From the NCBI GenBank assembly GCA_964016885.1, contig OZ024743.1, positions 182,032,001 through 182,096,000 on the forward strand: a stretch of DNA of 64,000 nucleotides. The letters run 5' to 3'. Origin of the DNA: Eledone cirrhosa (Eukaryota). Positions within the stretch are counted from its first letter, which is position 1. Each line of letters opens with the position of its first letter. Positions 1-14,895 of this stretch are shown here, in pieces. The notes beneath the pieces are model-generated. The model saw only the letters and a list, made by a program, of their open reading frames with translations. It searched no databases and was not told where the DNA came from. A program made the translations under genes and the position numbers.

Positions 1-1970
1 TACAACAACACCACCATCAACAACAACACCAGCTACTACAACTACAACAACACCAACACCACCATCAACAACAACAACAGCTACTACAACTACAACTACA
101 ACACCAACAACACCACCATCAACAACAACACCAGCTACTACAACTACAACTACAACTACAACAACACCAACACCACCATCAACAACAACACCAGCTACTA
201 CAACTACAACTACAACAACACCAACACCACCATCAACAACAACACCAGCTACTACAACTACAACTACAACAACACCAACACCACCATCAACAACAACACC
301 AGCTACTACAACTACAACTACAACACCAACACCACCACCATCAACAACAACACCAGCTACTACAACTACAACTACAACAACACCAACACCACCATCAACA
401 ACAACACCAGCTACTACAACTACAACTACAACAACACCAACAACACCACCATCAACAACAACAACAGCTACTACAACTACAACTACAACTACAACACCAA
501 CAACACCACCATCAACAACAACACCAGCTACTACAACTACAACTACAACTACAACACCAACAACACCACCATCAACAACAACACCAGCTACTACAACTAC
601 AACTACAACAACAACACCACCATCAACAACAACACCAGCTACTACAACTACAACTACAACTACAACAACACCATCAACAACAACACCAGCTACTACAACT
701 ACAACTACAACAACACCAACACCACCATCAACAACAACACCAGCTACTACAACTACAACTACTACAACACCAACACCACCATTAACAACAACAACAGCTA
801 CTACAACTGCAACAACAACACCAACACCACCATCAACAACAACACCAGCTACTACAACTACAACTACAACACCAACACCACCATCAACAACAACACCAGC
901 TACTACAACTACAACTACAACACCAACAACACCACCATCAACAACAACAACAGCTACTACAACTACAACTGCAACAACACCAACACCACCATCAACAACA
1001 ACACCAGCTACTACAACTACAACTACAACACCAACACCACCACCATCAACAACAACACCAGCTACTACAACTACAACTACAACACCAACACCACCATCAA
1101 CAACAACACCAGCTACTACAACTACAACTACAACACCAACACCACCACCATCAACAACAACACCAGCTACTACAACTACAACTACAACACCAACACCACC
1201 ACCATCAACAACAACACCAGCTACTACAACTACAACTACAACACCAACACCACCATCAACAACAACACCAGCTACTACAACTACAACTACAACAACACCA
1301 ACACCACCATCAACAACAACAACACCAGCTACTACAACTACAACTACAACAACACCAACACCACCATCAACAACAACACCAGCTACTACAACTACAACTA
1401 CAACACCAACACCACCATCAACAACAACACCAGCTACTACAACTACAACTACAACTACAACACCACCAACACCACCATCAACAACAACAACAGCTACTAC
1501 AACTACAACACCAACAACACCAACAACACCAACAACACCAACAACACCACCATCAACAACAACACCAGCTACTACAACTACAACTACAACTACAACTACA
1601 ATACCAACACCACCATCAACAACAACACCAGCTACTACAACTACAACTACAACTACAACTACAACACCAACACCACCATCAACAACAACACCAGCTACTA
1701 CAACTACAACTACAACTACAACTACAACACCAACACCACCATCAACAACAACACCAGCTACTACAACTACAACTACAACACCAACAACACCACCATCAAC
1801 AACAACACCAGCTACTACAACTACAACTACAACAACACCAACACCACCATCAACAACAACAACACCAGCTACTACAACTACAACTACAACAACACCAACA
1901 CCACCATCAACAACAACACCAGCTACTACAACTACAACTACAACACCAACAACAACAATAACAACAACAT
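1..1970. repeat. Triplet-based compound minisatellite (~42-51 bp unit, ACA/ACT/CCA/GCT)
   Basis: Unit caccaccatcaacaacaacaccagctactacaactacaactacaa is repeated with indels in multiples of 3. It runs off the window start. Confidence 0.95.
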
Positions 1971-2071
1971 TACCTTCTAACAATTATTCTGGTCTTTTAC
2001 CACTTTAACAACTCTCATCTCTAGTTCTCGTTTTAATGCGAGAATCTTACTAATGATTTGTGCAGACATAA

Positions 2072-2074
<3 letters not shown>

Positions 2075-2109
<35 letters not shown>

Positions 2110-2494
2110 TCTCCCTCTCTCTCTCTCTCTTTCCCCCTCTCTCCTTCCCTCTCTTTCCCCCTCTCTCTCTCCGTCTCTCTCTTTCCCCTCTCTCTCCGTC
2201 TCTCTCCTTCCGTCTCTCTCTTTGTCTTTCTATCTATCTATCTATCTTTTCCACTTTCTCCCTCTCTCTCTCTCATAGCTCCTCTCTCACTCTCTTCCCC
2301 CCTCTCTCTCTCCCTTCTTTACCCCCTCTATCACCATCTTCCCCTCTCTCTCTATTCTCTCCCTCTCTCACTCTCTGCCTCTCTCTCTCTCTTCTTTACC
2401 CCCTCTATCACCCTCTTCCCTTCTTTCTCTCTCTCTCTCCCCCCCTCTGTCTTCTATCCCTCTCACACACCCCACCCTCCCCTCCTCCCCCTCT
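2075..2494. repeat. CT-rich low-complexity / (CT)n tract
   Basis: Polypyrimidine tract seen directly; similar tracts at 4660-4980, 31985-32095, 39920-40225 and 52520-52800. Confidence 0.9.
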
Positions 2495-2689
2495 AAACAG
2501 TCCTAGATATAGGCCAGTGGTGGTGGTTTATTTCCTACATGTGACGTCCATCTAGTGTTACCATCAGTTCTATCGTGCTAACCCAGGTTTAACAGCGGAA
2601 ATATACTTTCTAAGTCTTTACTAAAGAATCTCCTTAGTGTCCTAAAAATTGACAGAAATAACCACCCAACCACTCTAACTCTTTCTTTA

Positions 2690-4302
2690 CATACGTGAGT
2701 GTGTGTGGTTGTGTGTTGAGAGAGAGGGGGGGCTGTGGTGTGTATGTACGTGTGTATATGTGTGTGTGGGGGGAGTGTGTGGTTGTGTGTTGAGAGATGA
2801 GGGGGCTGTGATGTGCGTGTATGTGTGTACATGTGTGGTGGCGGGAGTGTGTGTGTATGTGTGTTGAGAGAGGAGGGAGCTGTGATGTGTGTGTATGTGG
2901 GTATGTGGGTATATGTGTGTGTGGTGGGGTGAGTGTGTGTGGTTGTGTGTTGTGAGAGGAGGGTGCTGTGATGTGTGTGTATGTGGGTATGTGGGTATAT
3001 GTGTGTGTGGTGGGGTGAGTGTGTGTGGTTGTGTGTTGTGAGAGGAGGGTGCTGTGATGCGTGTGTATGTGTGTATATGTGTGTGTGTGGGGAGTGTGGT
3101 TGTGTTGAGAGAGGAAGGGGCTGTGATGTGTGTGTATATGTGTATATGTGTGTGTGGGGGAGTGTGTGTGGTTGTGTGTTGAGAGAGGAGGGGGCTGTGA
3201 TGTGTGTGTATGTGTGTACGTGTGTATATGTGTGTGGGGGAGTGTGTGGTTGTGTGTTGTGAGGGGACTATGATGTATGTGTATGTGTGTATATGTGTGT
3301 ATATGTGTGTATATGTGTGTATATGTGTGTGTGGGAGTGTGTGTGTGGTTGTGTGTTAAGAGAGGAGGGGGCTGTGATGTGTGTGTATGTGTGTATATGT
3401 GTGTGTGTGAGAGTGTGTGGGAGTGTGTGGTTGTGTGAGAGGAGGGGGCTGTGATGTGTATGTATGTGTATATATATGTGTGGGGGGGTTAAGAGAGGAG
3501 GGGGCTGTGCTGTGTGTGTATGTGTGTATGTGTGTGTGTGGGAGTGTGTGTGTGTATGAGTGTGTCGTTGTGTTGAGGGGGAGGGGAGGTAAGGTGTGTG
3601 TATGTGTGTGTGGTAGTCTGTGGTTGTGTTGAGGGGGGCTGTATGTGTGTACGTGTATATATGGTGAGGTGGGGCATGTGTGTATGTGTACATGTATGTG
3701 TGCACGTATGTGTGTATGTGTGTGTGTGTATACGTATATGTATGTGTGTGTGTACGTATATGCATGTGTGTGTACGTATGTGTCTGTGCATGTGTGTTTG
3801 TGCATGTATGGGCTTGTGCATGTGTATGTTTGTGCATGTGTGTGTGAACATATGGGTATCTGTTTGTTTATATAAGTGTGTGGCTATGTGTGTGTGTGCA
3901 TATGTGTATATATGTGTGTGTGTGTATACATATGTATGCCTATTTCAGACTGTTTAATATGCGTGTATATATGTATATATTTGTTAATCTGTGTATATGT
4001 GTACATGGGCATATGAATGTTTGTTCTCTGTGCGTGTATGTGTGTGTATGTATGTGTGTATGTATGTGTGTGTGTGTGTGCGTTTATATGTGAACGTAAA
4101 TAGTATGTTTGTGTGTTTGTGTATGCGTTGTGCATGTGTGTATATGTATGTGTGTGTGTATGTGTTATACATGTGTGTATATATATATGTATGTGTATGT
4201 TTGTGTATGAGTTGTACATGTGTGTGTATTTATATATGTGTATGTGTTGTGCATGTGTGTGCGTGTATACATGTGTGTATGTGTTGTGCATGTGTGTGTA
4301 TA

Positions 4303-4381
<79 letters not shown>

Positions 4382-4615
4382 AGCTGCAAGATGTAGGTGT
4401 ACATATTTTTTCTGTTAGCCATTAAATTCAATAAAAACATTATATGTATGTGTGTACGCACATATGTGTGTGTGCGTGTATGCATGCGTGTGTGTGTGCG
4501 CGCACACACGTATAAGTGTGTGCACACACACATCTGTAAGTGTGTGCGCATTTGTGTATGTGTGTGCGCACACATGTATAAGTGTGCGCACACACACATG
4601 TGTGTGCACGTGTGT
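2690..4615. repeat. (TG)/(TA)-derived compound minisatellite
   Basis: Recurrent gtgtgtggttgtgtgttgagagaggagggggctgtgat units grading into (TG)n, (TATG)n and (TA)n. Confidence 0.9.
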
Positions 4616-4696
4616 CATTCTTTTCAAAAGAAACTCCGACACATTTTAGTCTTGTCAATGTCTCTCTCCTCACTCTTTTCCCTCTCTTTCCCAATC

Positions 4697-4757
<61 letters not shown>

Positions 4758-5081
4758 AGTAACCTTCTCTCTATTTCCCCTCCCTCTCTTTCTTCGTGTT
4801 TCTTTCTCTCTTTCCTATCTCTTTCTCAGTCCCTCTTTCACTCTTTCTCAGTACCCCTCTCCTTCTTTTTCTCTCTATATCCCCATCTACCTCTCACTCT
4901 TTCCTCTCTCTTACTCAGTCTCTCTTTATTCCCTCTCTCTCTCTCTCCCTCCCTCCCTCTCTCTCTCTCTCTCATTTACCCACATCTCTCCTCTAGATCT
5001 GCTCTATAGAGGCCACACGCCTAACACACACGCATGACCGACTTTTCGTTTCTCAATATAACATGCTACTTTCCATGATAG

Positions 5082-5222
5082 ACGTGTGGCCAAGTGGTTA
5101 GGGTATTCTGTTCACAATCATAAGTTCGTGAGTTCGATTCCCAGTGACCTCTTATATCCTTGAACAAGATACTTTACCCCAGTTCTGGCGGAACTGAGTG
5201 AACCTGTAATTTAATTCAAAGA
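5082..5222 (+). mobile_element. tRNA-derived SINE, family A (degenerate)
   Basis: A-box tggccaagtgg, B-box gttcgattccc, then tccttgaacaagatacttt; matches the copies at 22191, 38430 and 56720. Confidence 0.7.
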
Positions 5223-5377
5223 GGCTACACATACATAGACTCACATAAACACATCCACATACGCTCACACATACTCACATATACACACACCCAAACATAT
5301 AGACATACATACACATATAGACATACGTACACATATATAGATATACACACACACAGACATACATACATACATACATA

Positions 5378-8300
5378 CCCACACTTAGCAATGAAGACTT
5401 CTGGTGACCTTGATCCTAAGACGACATCCCTACTCACCACCATCGACACCCCGTAGCAGTGGAGACTTCCGGTGTTTTAGCCCTAGGACGACATCCCTAC
5501 TCACCACCATCGACATCCTCCACCTGTGCAGTGAAGACTTCCGGTGTCCTTATCCCTAGGACGACATCCCTACTCACCACCATCGACATCTCCCCTCCTG
5601 TGCAGTGGAGACTTCCAATGTCCTTAGCCGTAGGACGACATCCCTACTCACCACCATCGACATCCTCCACCTGTGCAGTGAAGACTTCCGGTGTCCTTAT
5701 CCCTAGGACGACATCCCTACTCACCACCATCGACATCTCCCCTCCTGTGCAGTGGAGACTTCCGGTGTCCTTAGCCCTAGGACGACATCCCTACTCACCA
5801 CCATCGACATCCTCCACCTGTGCAGTGAAGACTTCCGGTGTCCTTATCCCTAGGACGACATCCCTACTCACCACCATCGACATCTCCCCTCCTGTGCAGT
5901 GGAGACTTCCGGTGTCCTTAGCCCTAGGACGACATCCCTACTCACCACCATCGACATCCCTCCCTGTGCAGTGGAGACTTCCGGTGTCCTTAGCCCTAGG
6001 ACGACATCCCTACTCACCACCATCGACATCCCCCCCCCTGTGCAGTGGAGACTTCCTAGGACGACATCCCTACTCACCACCATCGACATCTCACCCCCTG
6101 TGCAGTGGAGACTTCCGGTGTCCTTAGCCCTAGGACGACATCCCTACTCACAACCATCGACATCTCCCCTCCTGTGCAGTGGAGACTTCCGGTGTCCTTA
6201 GCCCAAGGACGACATCCCTACTCACCACCATCGACATCCCCCCCTCTGTGCAGTGTTGACTTCCGGTGTCCTTAGCCCTAGGACGACATCCCTACTCACC
6301 ACCATCGACACCCCCCCTCCTGTGCAGTGGAGACTTCCGGTGTTTTAGCCCTAGGACGACATCCCTACTCACCACCATCGACATCCTCCCCCTGTGCAGT
6401 GAAGACTTCCGGTGTCCTTAGCCCTAGGACGACATCCCTACTCACCACCATCGACATCCCCCCTGTGCAGTGGAGACTTCCGGTGTCCTTAGCCCTAGGA
6501 CGACATCCCTACTCACCACCTTCGACATCCCCCCTCCCCGTGCAATAGAGACTTCCGGTGTCCTTAGCCCTAGGACGACATCCCTACTCACCACCATCGA
6601 CATCCCCCCTCCCCGTGCAATAGAGACTTCCGGTGTCCTTAACCCTAGGACGACATCCCTACTCACCACCATCGACATCTCCCCTCCCCGTGCAGTGGAG
6701 ACTTCCGGTGTCCTTAGCCCTAGGAAGACATCCCTACTCACCACCATCGACATCTCCCCTCCCCGTGCAATAGAGACTTCCGGTGTCCTTAGCCCTAGGA
6801 CGACATCCCTACTCACCACCATCGACATCCCCCCTCCCCGTGCAATAGAGACTTCCGGTGTCCTTAACCCTAGGACGACATCCCTACTCACCACCATCGA
6901 CATCTCCCCTCCTGTGCAGTGGAGACTTCCGGTGTCCTAGCCCTAGGACGACATCCCTACTCACCACCATCGACATCCCCCCCTGTGTAGTGGAGACTTC
7001 CGGTGTCCTTAGCCCTAGGACGACATCCCTACTCACCACCATCGACATCCCCCCCCCCCTGTGCCGTGGAGACTTCCGGTGTCCTTAGCCCTAGGACGAC
7101 ATCCCTACTCACCACCATCGACATCCCCCCCCTCTGTGCAGTGTTGACTTCCGGTGTCCTTAGCCCTAGGACGACATCCCTACTCACCACCATCGACACC
7201 CCCCCTCCTGTGCAGTGGAGACTTCCGGTGTTTTAGCCCTAGGACGACATCCCTACTCACCACCATCGACATCCTCCCCCTGTGCAGTGAAGACTTCCGG
7301 TGTCCTTAGCCCTAGGACGACATCCCTACTCACCACCATCGACATCCCCCCTCCCCCCTGTGCAGTGGAGACTTCCGGTATCTTTAGCCGTAGGACGACA
7401 TCCCTACTCACCACCATCGACATCCCCCCCTGTGCAGTGGAGACATCCGGTGTCCTTAGCCCTAGGACGACATCCCTACTCACCACCATCGACATCCCCC
7501 TCTCCCCTGTGCAGTGGAGACTTCCGGTGTCCTTAGCCCTAGGACGACATCCCTACTCACCACCATCGACATCTCCCCACCTGTGCAGTGGAGACTTCCG
7601 GTGTCCTTAGCCCTAGGACGACATCCCTACTCACCACCATCGACATCCCCCCTCCCCCCTGTGCAGTGGAGACTTCCGGTATCCTTAGCCCTAGGACGAC
7701 ATCCCTACTAACCACCATCGACATCTCCCCACCTGTGCAGTGGAGACTTCCGGTGTCCTTAGCCCTAGGACGACATCCCTACTCACAACCATCGACATCC
7801 CCCTCTCCCCTGTGCAGTGGAGACTTCCGGTGTCCTTAGCCCTTGGACGACATCCCTACTCACCACCATCGACATCCCCCTCTCCCCTGTGCAATAGAGA
7901 CTTCCGGTGTCCTTAGCCCTAGGACGACATCCCTACTCACCACCTTCGACATCCCCCCTCCCCGTGCAATAGAGACTTCCGGTGTCCTTAGCCCTAGGAC
8001 GACATCCCTACTCACCACCATCGACATCCCCCCTCCCCGTGCAATAGAGACTTCCGGTGTCCTTAGCCCTAGGAAGACATCCCTACTCACCACCATCGAC
8101 ATCTCCCCTCCTGTGCAGTGGAGACTTCCGGTGTCCTTAGCCCTAGGACGACATCCCTACTCACCACCATCGACATCCCCCCCCCCCCTGTGCAGTGGAG
8201 ACTTCCAGTGTCCTTAGCCCTAGGAAGACATCCCTACTCACCACCATCGACATCCCCCCCTGTGCAGTGGAGACTTCCGGTGTCCTTAGCCCTAGGAAGA

Positions 8301-9132
8301 CATCCCTACTCACCACCATCGACATCTCCCCTCCTGTGCAGTGGAGACTTCCGGTGTCCTTAGCCCTAGGACGACATCCCTACTCACCACCATCGACATC
8401 CCCCTCTCCCCTGTGCAGTGGAGACTTCCGGTGTCCTTAACCCTAGGAAGACATCCCTACTCACCACCATCGACATCTCCCCTCCTGTGCAGTGAAGACT
8501 TCCGGTGTCCTAGCCCTAGAACGACATCCCTACTCACCACCATCGATATCGCCCCCTGTGCAGTAGAGACTTCCGGTGTCCTTAGCCCTAGGACGACATC
8601 CCTACTCACCACCTTCGACATCCCCCCTCCCCGTGCAATAGAGACTTCCGGTGTCCTTAGCCCTAGGACGACATCCCTACTAACCACCATCGACATCTCC
8701 CCTCCTGTGCAGTGGAGACTTCCGGTGTCCTTAGCCCTAGGACGACATCCCTACTCACCACCATCGACATCCCCCCTCCCCGTGCAATAGAGACTTCCGG
8801 TGTCCTTAGCCCTAGGACGACATCCCTACTCACCACCATCGACATCTCCCCTCCCCGTGCAGTGGAGACTTCCGGTGTCCTTAGCCCTAGGACGACATCC
8901 CTACTCACCACCATCGACATCCCCCCCTCCCTGTGCAGTGGAGACTTCCGGTGTCCTTAGCCCTAGGACGACATCCCTACTCACCACCATCGACATCCCT
9001 CCCCCCCTGTGCTGTGGAGACTTCCGGTGTCCTTAGCCCTAGGACGACATCCCTACTCACCACCATCGACCCGGAGTTGGTTACCCACAGGTGTGAGCCT
9101 CGCAAGATGGAATGGCTCTTCCAACACGTCTC
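5378..9132 (+). repeat. ~74-bp minisatellite (roughly 50 units) derived from the 3' end of a CRE-like RLE LINE
   Basis: Unit gtgcagtggagacttccggtgtccttagccctaggacgacatccctactcaccaccatcgacatc(C)n translates as CAVETSGVLSPRTTSLLTTI. The last unit continues as DPELVTHRCEPRKMEWLFQHVS, resembling the P.AVET.G..GP...LL..I...EP...WLFQR.S C-terminus of CRE-clade elements. Confidence 0.85.
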
Positions 9133-10271
9133 GACATACACACATACACATATATAGACATACACACACACACTGACATACACACTTACACATACAGATA
9201 TATAGACATACACACACACACTGACATACACACTTACACATACAGATATATAGACATACACACACACACTGACATACACACATACACTGACATACACACA
9301 TACACATACACATATATAGACATACACATACACACTGACATACATACATACACATAGACATATATAGACATACACATACACACTGACATATACACATACA
9401 CATATATAGACATACACACATACACATATATAGACATACACACACACACACACTGACATACACACATACACACATACACATACATATATATAGACATACA
9501 CACACACTGACATACACACACACTGACATACACACATACACATACACATATATAGACATACACACACACACTTACATACACACATACACATACACATATA
9601 TTGACATACTCACACACACACACTGACATACACACATACACATACAGATAAATTGACATACTCACACTGACATACACACATACACATACACATATACATA
9701 CACAGACACATACACTTATATAGACATACACACACACACTGACATACACACAAACACATATACATACACAGACACATACACATATATAGACATACACACA
9801 CACACACACACACTGACATACACACATACACATAAACATATATAGACATTCACACACACACATACACATACACATACACATTCACATATATAGACATACA
9901 CACACACACACACACTGACATACACATACACATATATAGACATACACACACACACACTGACATACACACATACACATATATTGACATACTCACACACACA
10001 CACTGACATACACACATACACATACACATATATAGACATACACACACACTGACATACACACATACACATACGCATATACATACACAGACACATACATATA
10101 TATAGACATACACACACACACTGACATACACACACATACACATATACATACACATACACATACACATATATAGACATACACACACACACACTGGCATACA
10201 CACATACACATACGCATACACATATATAGACATACACACACACACTGACATACACACATACACATATATAG

Positions 10272-10315
<44 letters not shown>

Positions 10316-10559
10316 ACATACACACATACACATACACATATATAGACATACACACTCACACACTGATACACACACATACACATATATTGATATACTCACA
10401 CTGACATACACACATACACATACACATATACAGACATACACACACACACACACTGACATACACACATACACATACACATATATTGACATACACACACACT
10501 GACATACACACATACACATACACATATATTGACATACACACAAACACTGACATACACAC

Positions 10560-10590
<31 letters not shown>

Positions 10591-10915
10591 TATAGACATA
10601 CACACAGATATATAGACATACACATACACATATGTAGTCATACACACAGATATATAGACATACACACACATATATATATAGATATACACATATATAGACA
10701 TACACACATACACATATATAGACATGCGCACACACATATATAGACATACACATAGACATACACACGCATATATAGATATACACATACACATATATAGACA
10801 TACACACACATATATAGATATACACATACACATATATAGACATACACACACATATATAGATATACGCATACACATATATAGACATACACACACACATATA
10901 AACATACACACACAC

Positions 10916-10946
<31 letters not shown>

Positions 10947-10968
10947 CATGCACACGCACATACACACA

Positions 10969-11036
<68 letters not shown>

Positions 11037-11085
11037 CTTACACATACATACATATATATAGACATGCACACACACACACATCTAG
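9133..11085. repeat. (CA)/(TA)-derived compound minisatellite
   Basis: Recurrent gacatacacacatacacatatata and cacactgacata units. Confidence 0.9.
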
Positions 11086-11454
11086 ACGTACACCCACATA
11101 CAGTGCTAGAAAAGAGCAAGAGTATATTATATAGTAATGCCATAGTGGTACAAATTGAAACATGTTAAAAGAATCTGCAATGCAATCGAAATAATGGTGT
11201 CCACCATTTGGTATGACGCTCCAAACACTTAAGCTATTAACCCCACAGTCAACCTCTTCAAATTAACTTTTTAAAACCTACGCAGGTATCATGGGAAACA
11301 TAGCTTCCTCTAAAACCCCCCTTCAATATCTTGTAATGTTTATAGGTGAAGGTGTGATCGTAAGGTCGTGAGTTCGATTCTCGGTGGCGTATCGTTGTGT
11401 CCTTCAGCAAGATATTTTATTTCACGATTATTCAGATCACACCGTTAGTAGTAA

Positions 11455-11650
11455 ACATTGTTTCTATATTTGGCAAAAGGCCAGCAATTTGAAGGGAAGG
11501 GAAAAGTCGATTAAAGCGACCCAAGTGTGTTACTGGTACTTTGTTTTATTGACCTTGTAAGGATGAACGACAAAGCTAACCCCTCAGCGGGATTTTGGAC
11601 TCGGAACGTAAAGGGTCATAACTCTGTGCCGTAAATTATGTTGTCCGAAT
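11455..11650 (-). mobile_element. SINE family B (Deu/Nin-like core), degenerate
   Basis: Reverse complement matches 14297-14480 (gttcatccttacaaggtcaataaaacaaagtaccagt ... ggccttttgccaaa). Confidence 0.7.
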
Positions 11651-12033
11651 GTAAAAATAAGTTGTATTTATAATTCAAAGGGTCAGCCATGCCACACACT
11701 GTGTCACGCTGAATCTTAAACGACTGGGAGTACAAGACGCCCCACCTGGACAGGACACCAGTCCATCGTAGGGTTAAACTCCCAGATATTGCTGGTATTC
11801 ATTTTCAGCTGAAGAAACTGTACCAATAAATTGATGTTTTATCAGTGTATTTAAATCAATAATACAATTATTTGTAATGTTAAATGTGGACTAATTGTAT
11901 ATTTATCTGCCTTAATCGAAACATTTGTTAAGAAATAAATGTTTTTGAATTGATTGATATCATTGGTTAACTTTCATTAATCTTTATATTATGTTCTATA
12001 ATACATTTGTCTTCAATTATCCTGACCTTACAC

Positions 12034-12371
12034 CAGGGTTAGGTCTAGACCTTGGGGTGCCGGAGGCACTTCAGGTTTGGGGGACCCCTCATTCACAAAA
12101 AATAATATACACAGCAAACCCCCCCCCCCCCCCCCAATTTTACATATCAAAGTTAGCTTGGCACAAGTAATTGGAATTGAAATGTTATACATACAGGTAT
12201 TAAATTCAAAAATTCTAACCATCCTAAAACTCAAAAATTCTAACCATCCTAAAACTAAAAAGCTAAACTGAGGGCACAAATAAATTGTTACGGCCGTCAC
12301 TACTGGGGACCCTCTCCCCACTGCAGGGGACCCGGGGCAATTGCCCCCCCCCCCCCTCAAATCCGGCCCTG
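12034..12371 (-). mobile_element. hAT-like MITE (CAGGG...CCCTG termini)
   Basis: Same internal sequence as 40735-41045 and 53182-53464 (ttcaattccaattacttg...); terminus cagggccggatt on the minus strand. Confidence 0.7.
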
Positions 12372-12503
12372 TATCACCACGTAGGATTACTTTGGCTTCC
12401 ATGATTGCCGATAATTATAATACACCAAGCTCATCCATATTTTGATATAATATATGACTTATGTGATACCTCTGTTTATAGTTCAGTTCTTTCTATTTAT
12501 ATA

Positions 12504-12900
12504 CTAGCTGACGTACCCAGCTTCGCCCGGGTAAACAGATTTTAAGAGAAGATAGCTAGAAGAGAAAATGACTATATTGGATGAGTTGCCTGGTTTACAA
12601 TATGAAGCGAGACCGTGGTGTGTGTACCAAAGAAATTGACAGTAAAAAAATCTTCCAGATACACCAGATTCTTCGTTTTACCATTCGTGCATAGTATACG
12701 AAGATTTCTAGGTGTTCCCACTTGTGAACAAACTACATATAACTGTATATGGGTTAAAAGCGATTCTCTTGTATTCAATTCTACAACTTTGAAACTGAGC
12801 CTGAGCTTTATTTATGGTCATAGTAAAACTGGCTCTAACAAAGAAGTGACGTCTTCAGAATTTGAATGGCAGCTCTGTAGAGGAAGGGATAAAATACATT
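12504..12900 (-). mobile_element. Helitron 3' fragment: Pif1 helicase C-terminus plus 3' hairpin and CTAG end
   Basis: Minus strand reads IPSSTELPFKF*RRHFFVRASFTMTINKAQ, then after a frameshift LLTHIQLYVVCSQVGTPRNLRILCTNGKTKNLVY (helicase motifs V/VI). It ends in the hairpin acccgggcgaagctgggt followed by CTAG|T. Confidence 0.9.
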
Positions 12901-13425
12901 AGAAGAGTGTAAACAACTTTCCTGGTGTTTTCTTTTGAATGAAACAGTTCTAGTCTAGTATATAAGTTTTCTGGGGTTGGTAAAGGTGGTGATTGAGGGA
13001 CGGGGGAGTACAGGTCATTGGCCAATGGATTTTAAAGAACAGTTGGCTTTCCTGATGATTTATTTTGAATGAAATAGTTCTAGTCCTGTAGAAGCTATTT
13101 CTATATTAAACTTGATATTTACATTCTACTAATGTATTGAGTACCTTATTGAACTGTGGTTACCCCGATTGAACCCGACAAGAGAGAGAGAGAGATGGAG
13201 GGGGTGGGGAGAGAAAGAGAGAGAGACAGAGAGAAAAGGAGACAGAGAGATATAACGGAATATTAGACTTCATAGTTTTTGCTACATGACTGCTCTTTCT
13301 CACGGACATCTACTGCAACTAACCACGTGGTTATCTTTCTCTCTCCTTTACCAAATACTGCACAGTTTGACATTTACATTTCACTATATCCGGTACCTAG
13401 ACTGTCAAACAGATTTCCGTCGGTC

Positions 13426-13466
<41 letters not shown>

Positions 13467-13472
13467 CATATG

Positions 13473-13570
<98 letters not shown>

Positions 13571-13579
13571 TTACATATG

Positions 13580-13667
<88 letters not shown>

Positions 13668-13673
13668 CATATG

Positions 13674-13711
<38 letters not shown>

Positions 13712-13722
13712 TATATTTTTAC

Positions 13723-13815
<93 letters not shown>

Positions 13816-13821
13816 CATATG

Positions 13822-13891
<70 letters not shown>

Positions 13892-13897
13892 CATATG

Positions 13898-13933
<36 letters not shown>

Positions 13934-13939
13934 CATATG

Positions 13940-13983
<44 letters not shown>

Positions 13984-14266
13984 CATATGTATGTATATAT
14001 ATACATACACATACATACACATATATATGTGTATGTATGTATATGTGTATGTATGTGTGTATACATGTGTGTATGTATGTGTGTATGTATATGTATGTAT
14101 ATATGGATATATGTGTGTGTATGTACGTATGTATGTATGTATGTATGTATGTATGTATGTATGTATGTATGTATGTATGTGTATGTATATATGGATATGT
14201 GTGTATGTATGTATGTATGTATGTATGTATGTATGTATGTATGTATGTATGTATGTACGTGTATGT
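13426..14266. repeat. Long (TA)n tract with periodic tttacatatgtatg interruptions, then (TATG)n
   Basis: Seen directly. Confidence 0.95.
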
Positions 14267-14296
14267 AAGTTGTGATGGTTGTCGTAACATTATTAA

Positions 14297-14895
14297 TGGA
14301 TTGGCAGTACCGGTAGAGGGTCGGACGCCATGCTTTCCAGCATAGTTACGTCCCTTTACGATCTGAGTTCAAATCCCGCCGAGGTTAACTTTGCCTTTCA
14401 TCCTTACGGGGTCGATAAAATAAAGTACCAGTAATGTACTGGGTAATTGATGGCCTTGTGCCAAAAGTAGAAACAATTATTAATCTTACCCTTATTATTT
14501 GTAAAGGGCTGTGGATTAGCAGTATTGGTAGAGTGTCGGATGCCATGCTTTGCAGCAAAGAGTTATGGCCCTTTATGGTCTGAGTTCAAATCCCGCTTTG
14601 CCTTACATCTTTACGGGCTCTATAAAATAAAGAACCAGTAACGCACTGTGTTGATTTAGTCGACTTCCCCTTACCTTCAAATTACTCGACTTGTATCTAA
14701 AGTAGAAACAACTAATTGTCTAAAGTAGAGAATTGGCGAAGTTGTTAGAAAATGTAAGAGAATACTTTGTAGTGTTCGTCCCGGCTCTCTATTCTCTGCC
14801 TTTCATCCTTTTCATTGTTTTTCATGCTTTTGAAGTCCCTAAAAAGATGTCCAGTACCGTAGTCTATTAATCCAGTACTAGGAAGGGGGGTCGAT
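14297..14895 (+). mobile_element. Three tandem copies of SINE family B (tRNA-like head + Deu/Nin-like core)
   Basis: tggcagtaccggtag ... gagttcaaatccc ... gcctttcatccttacggggtcgataaaataaagtaccagt; copies at ~14297, ~14513 and ~14730, progressively more diverged. Confidence 0.8.

Noticed and set aside
5387-9070. CRISPR-like array (conserved repeat with hairpin plus variable linker)
   Set aside because: Linkers are short C-tracts related to each other, not unique spacers; there are no cas genes; the context is eukaryotic and the unit is explained as LINE-derived.
2053-14345. Many long ORFs rich in CV/YI/HT/LS in the ORF track (also at 19-20, 31, 35, 39-42 and 46-49 kb)
   Set aside because: They are translations of (TG)n, (TA)n, (CA)n and (CT)n repeats, which lack stops by composition.
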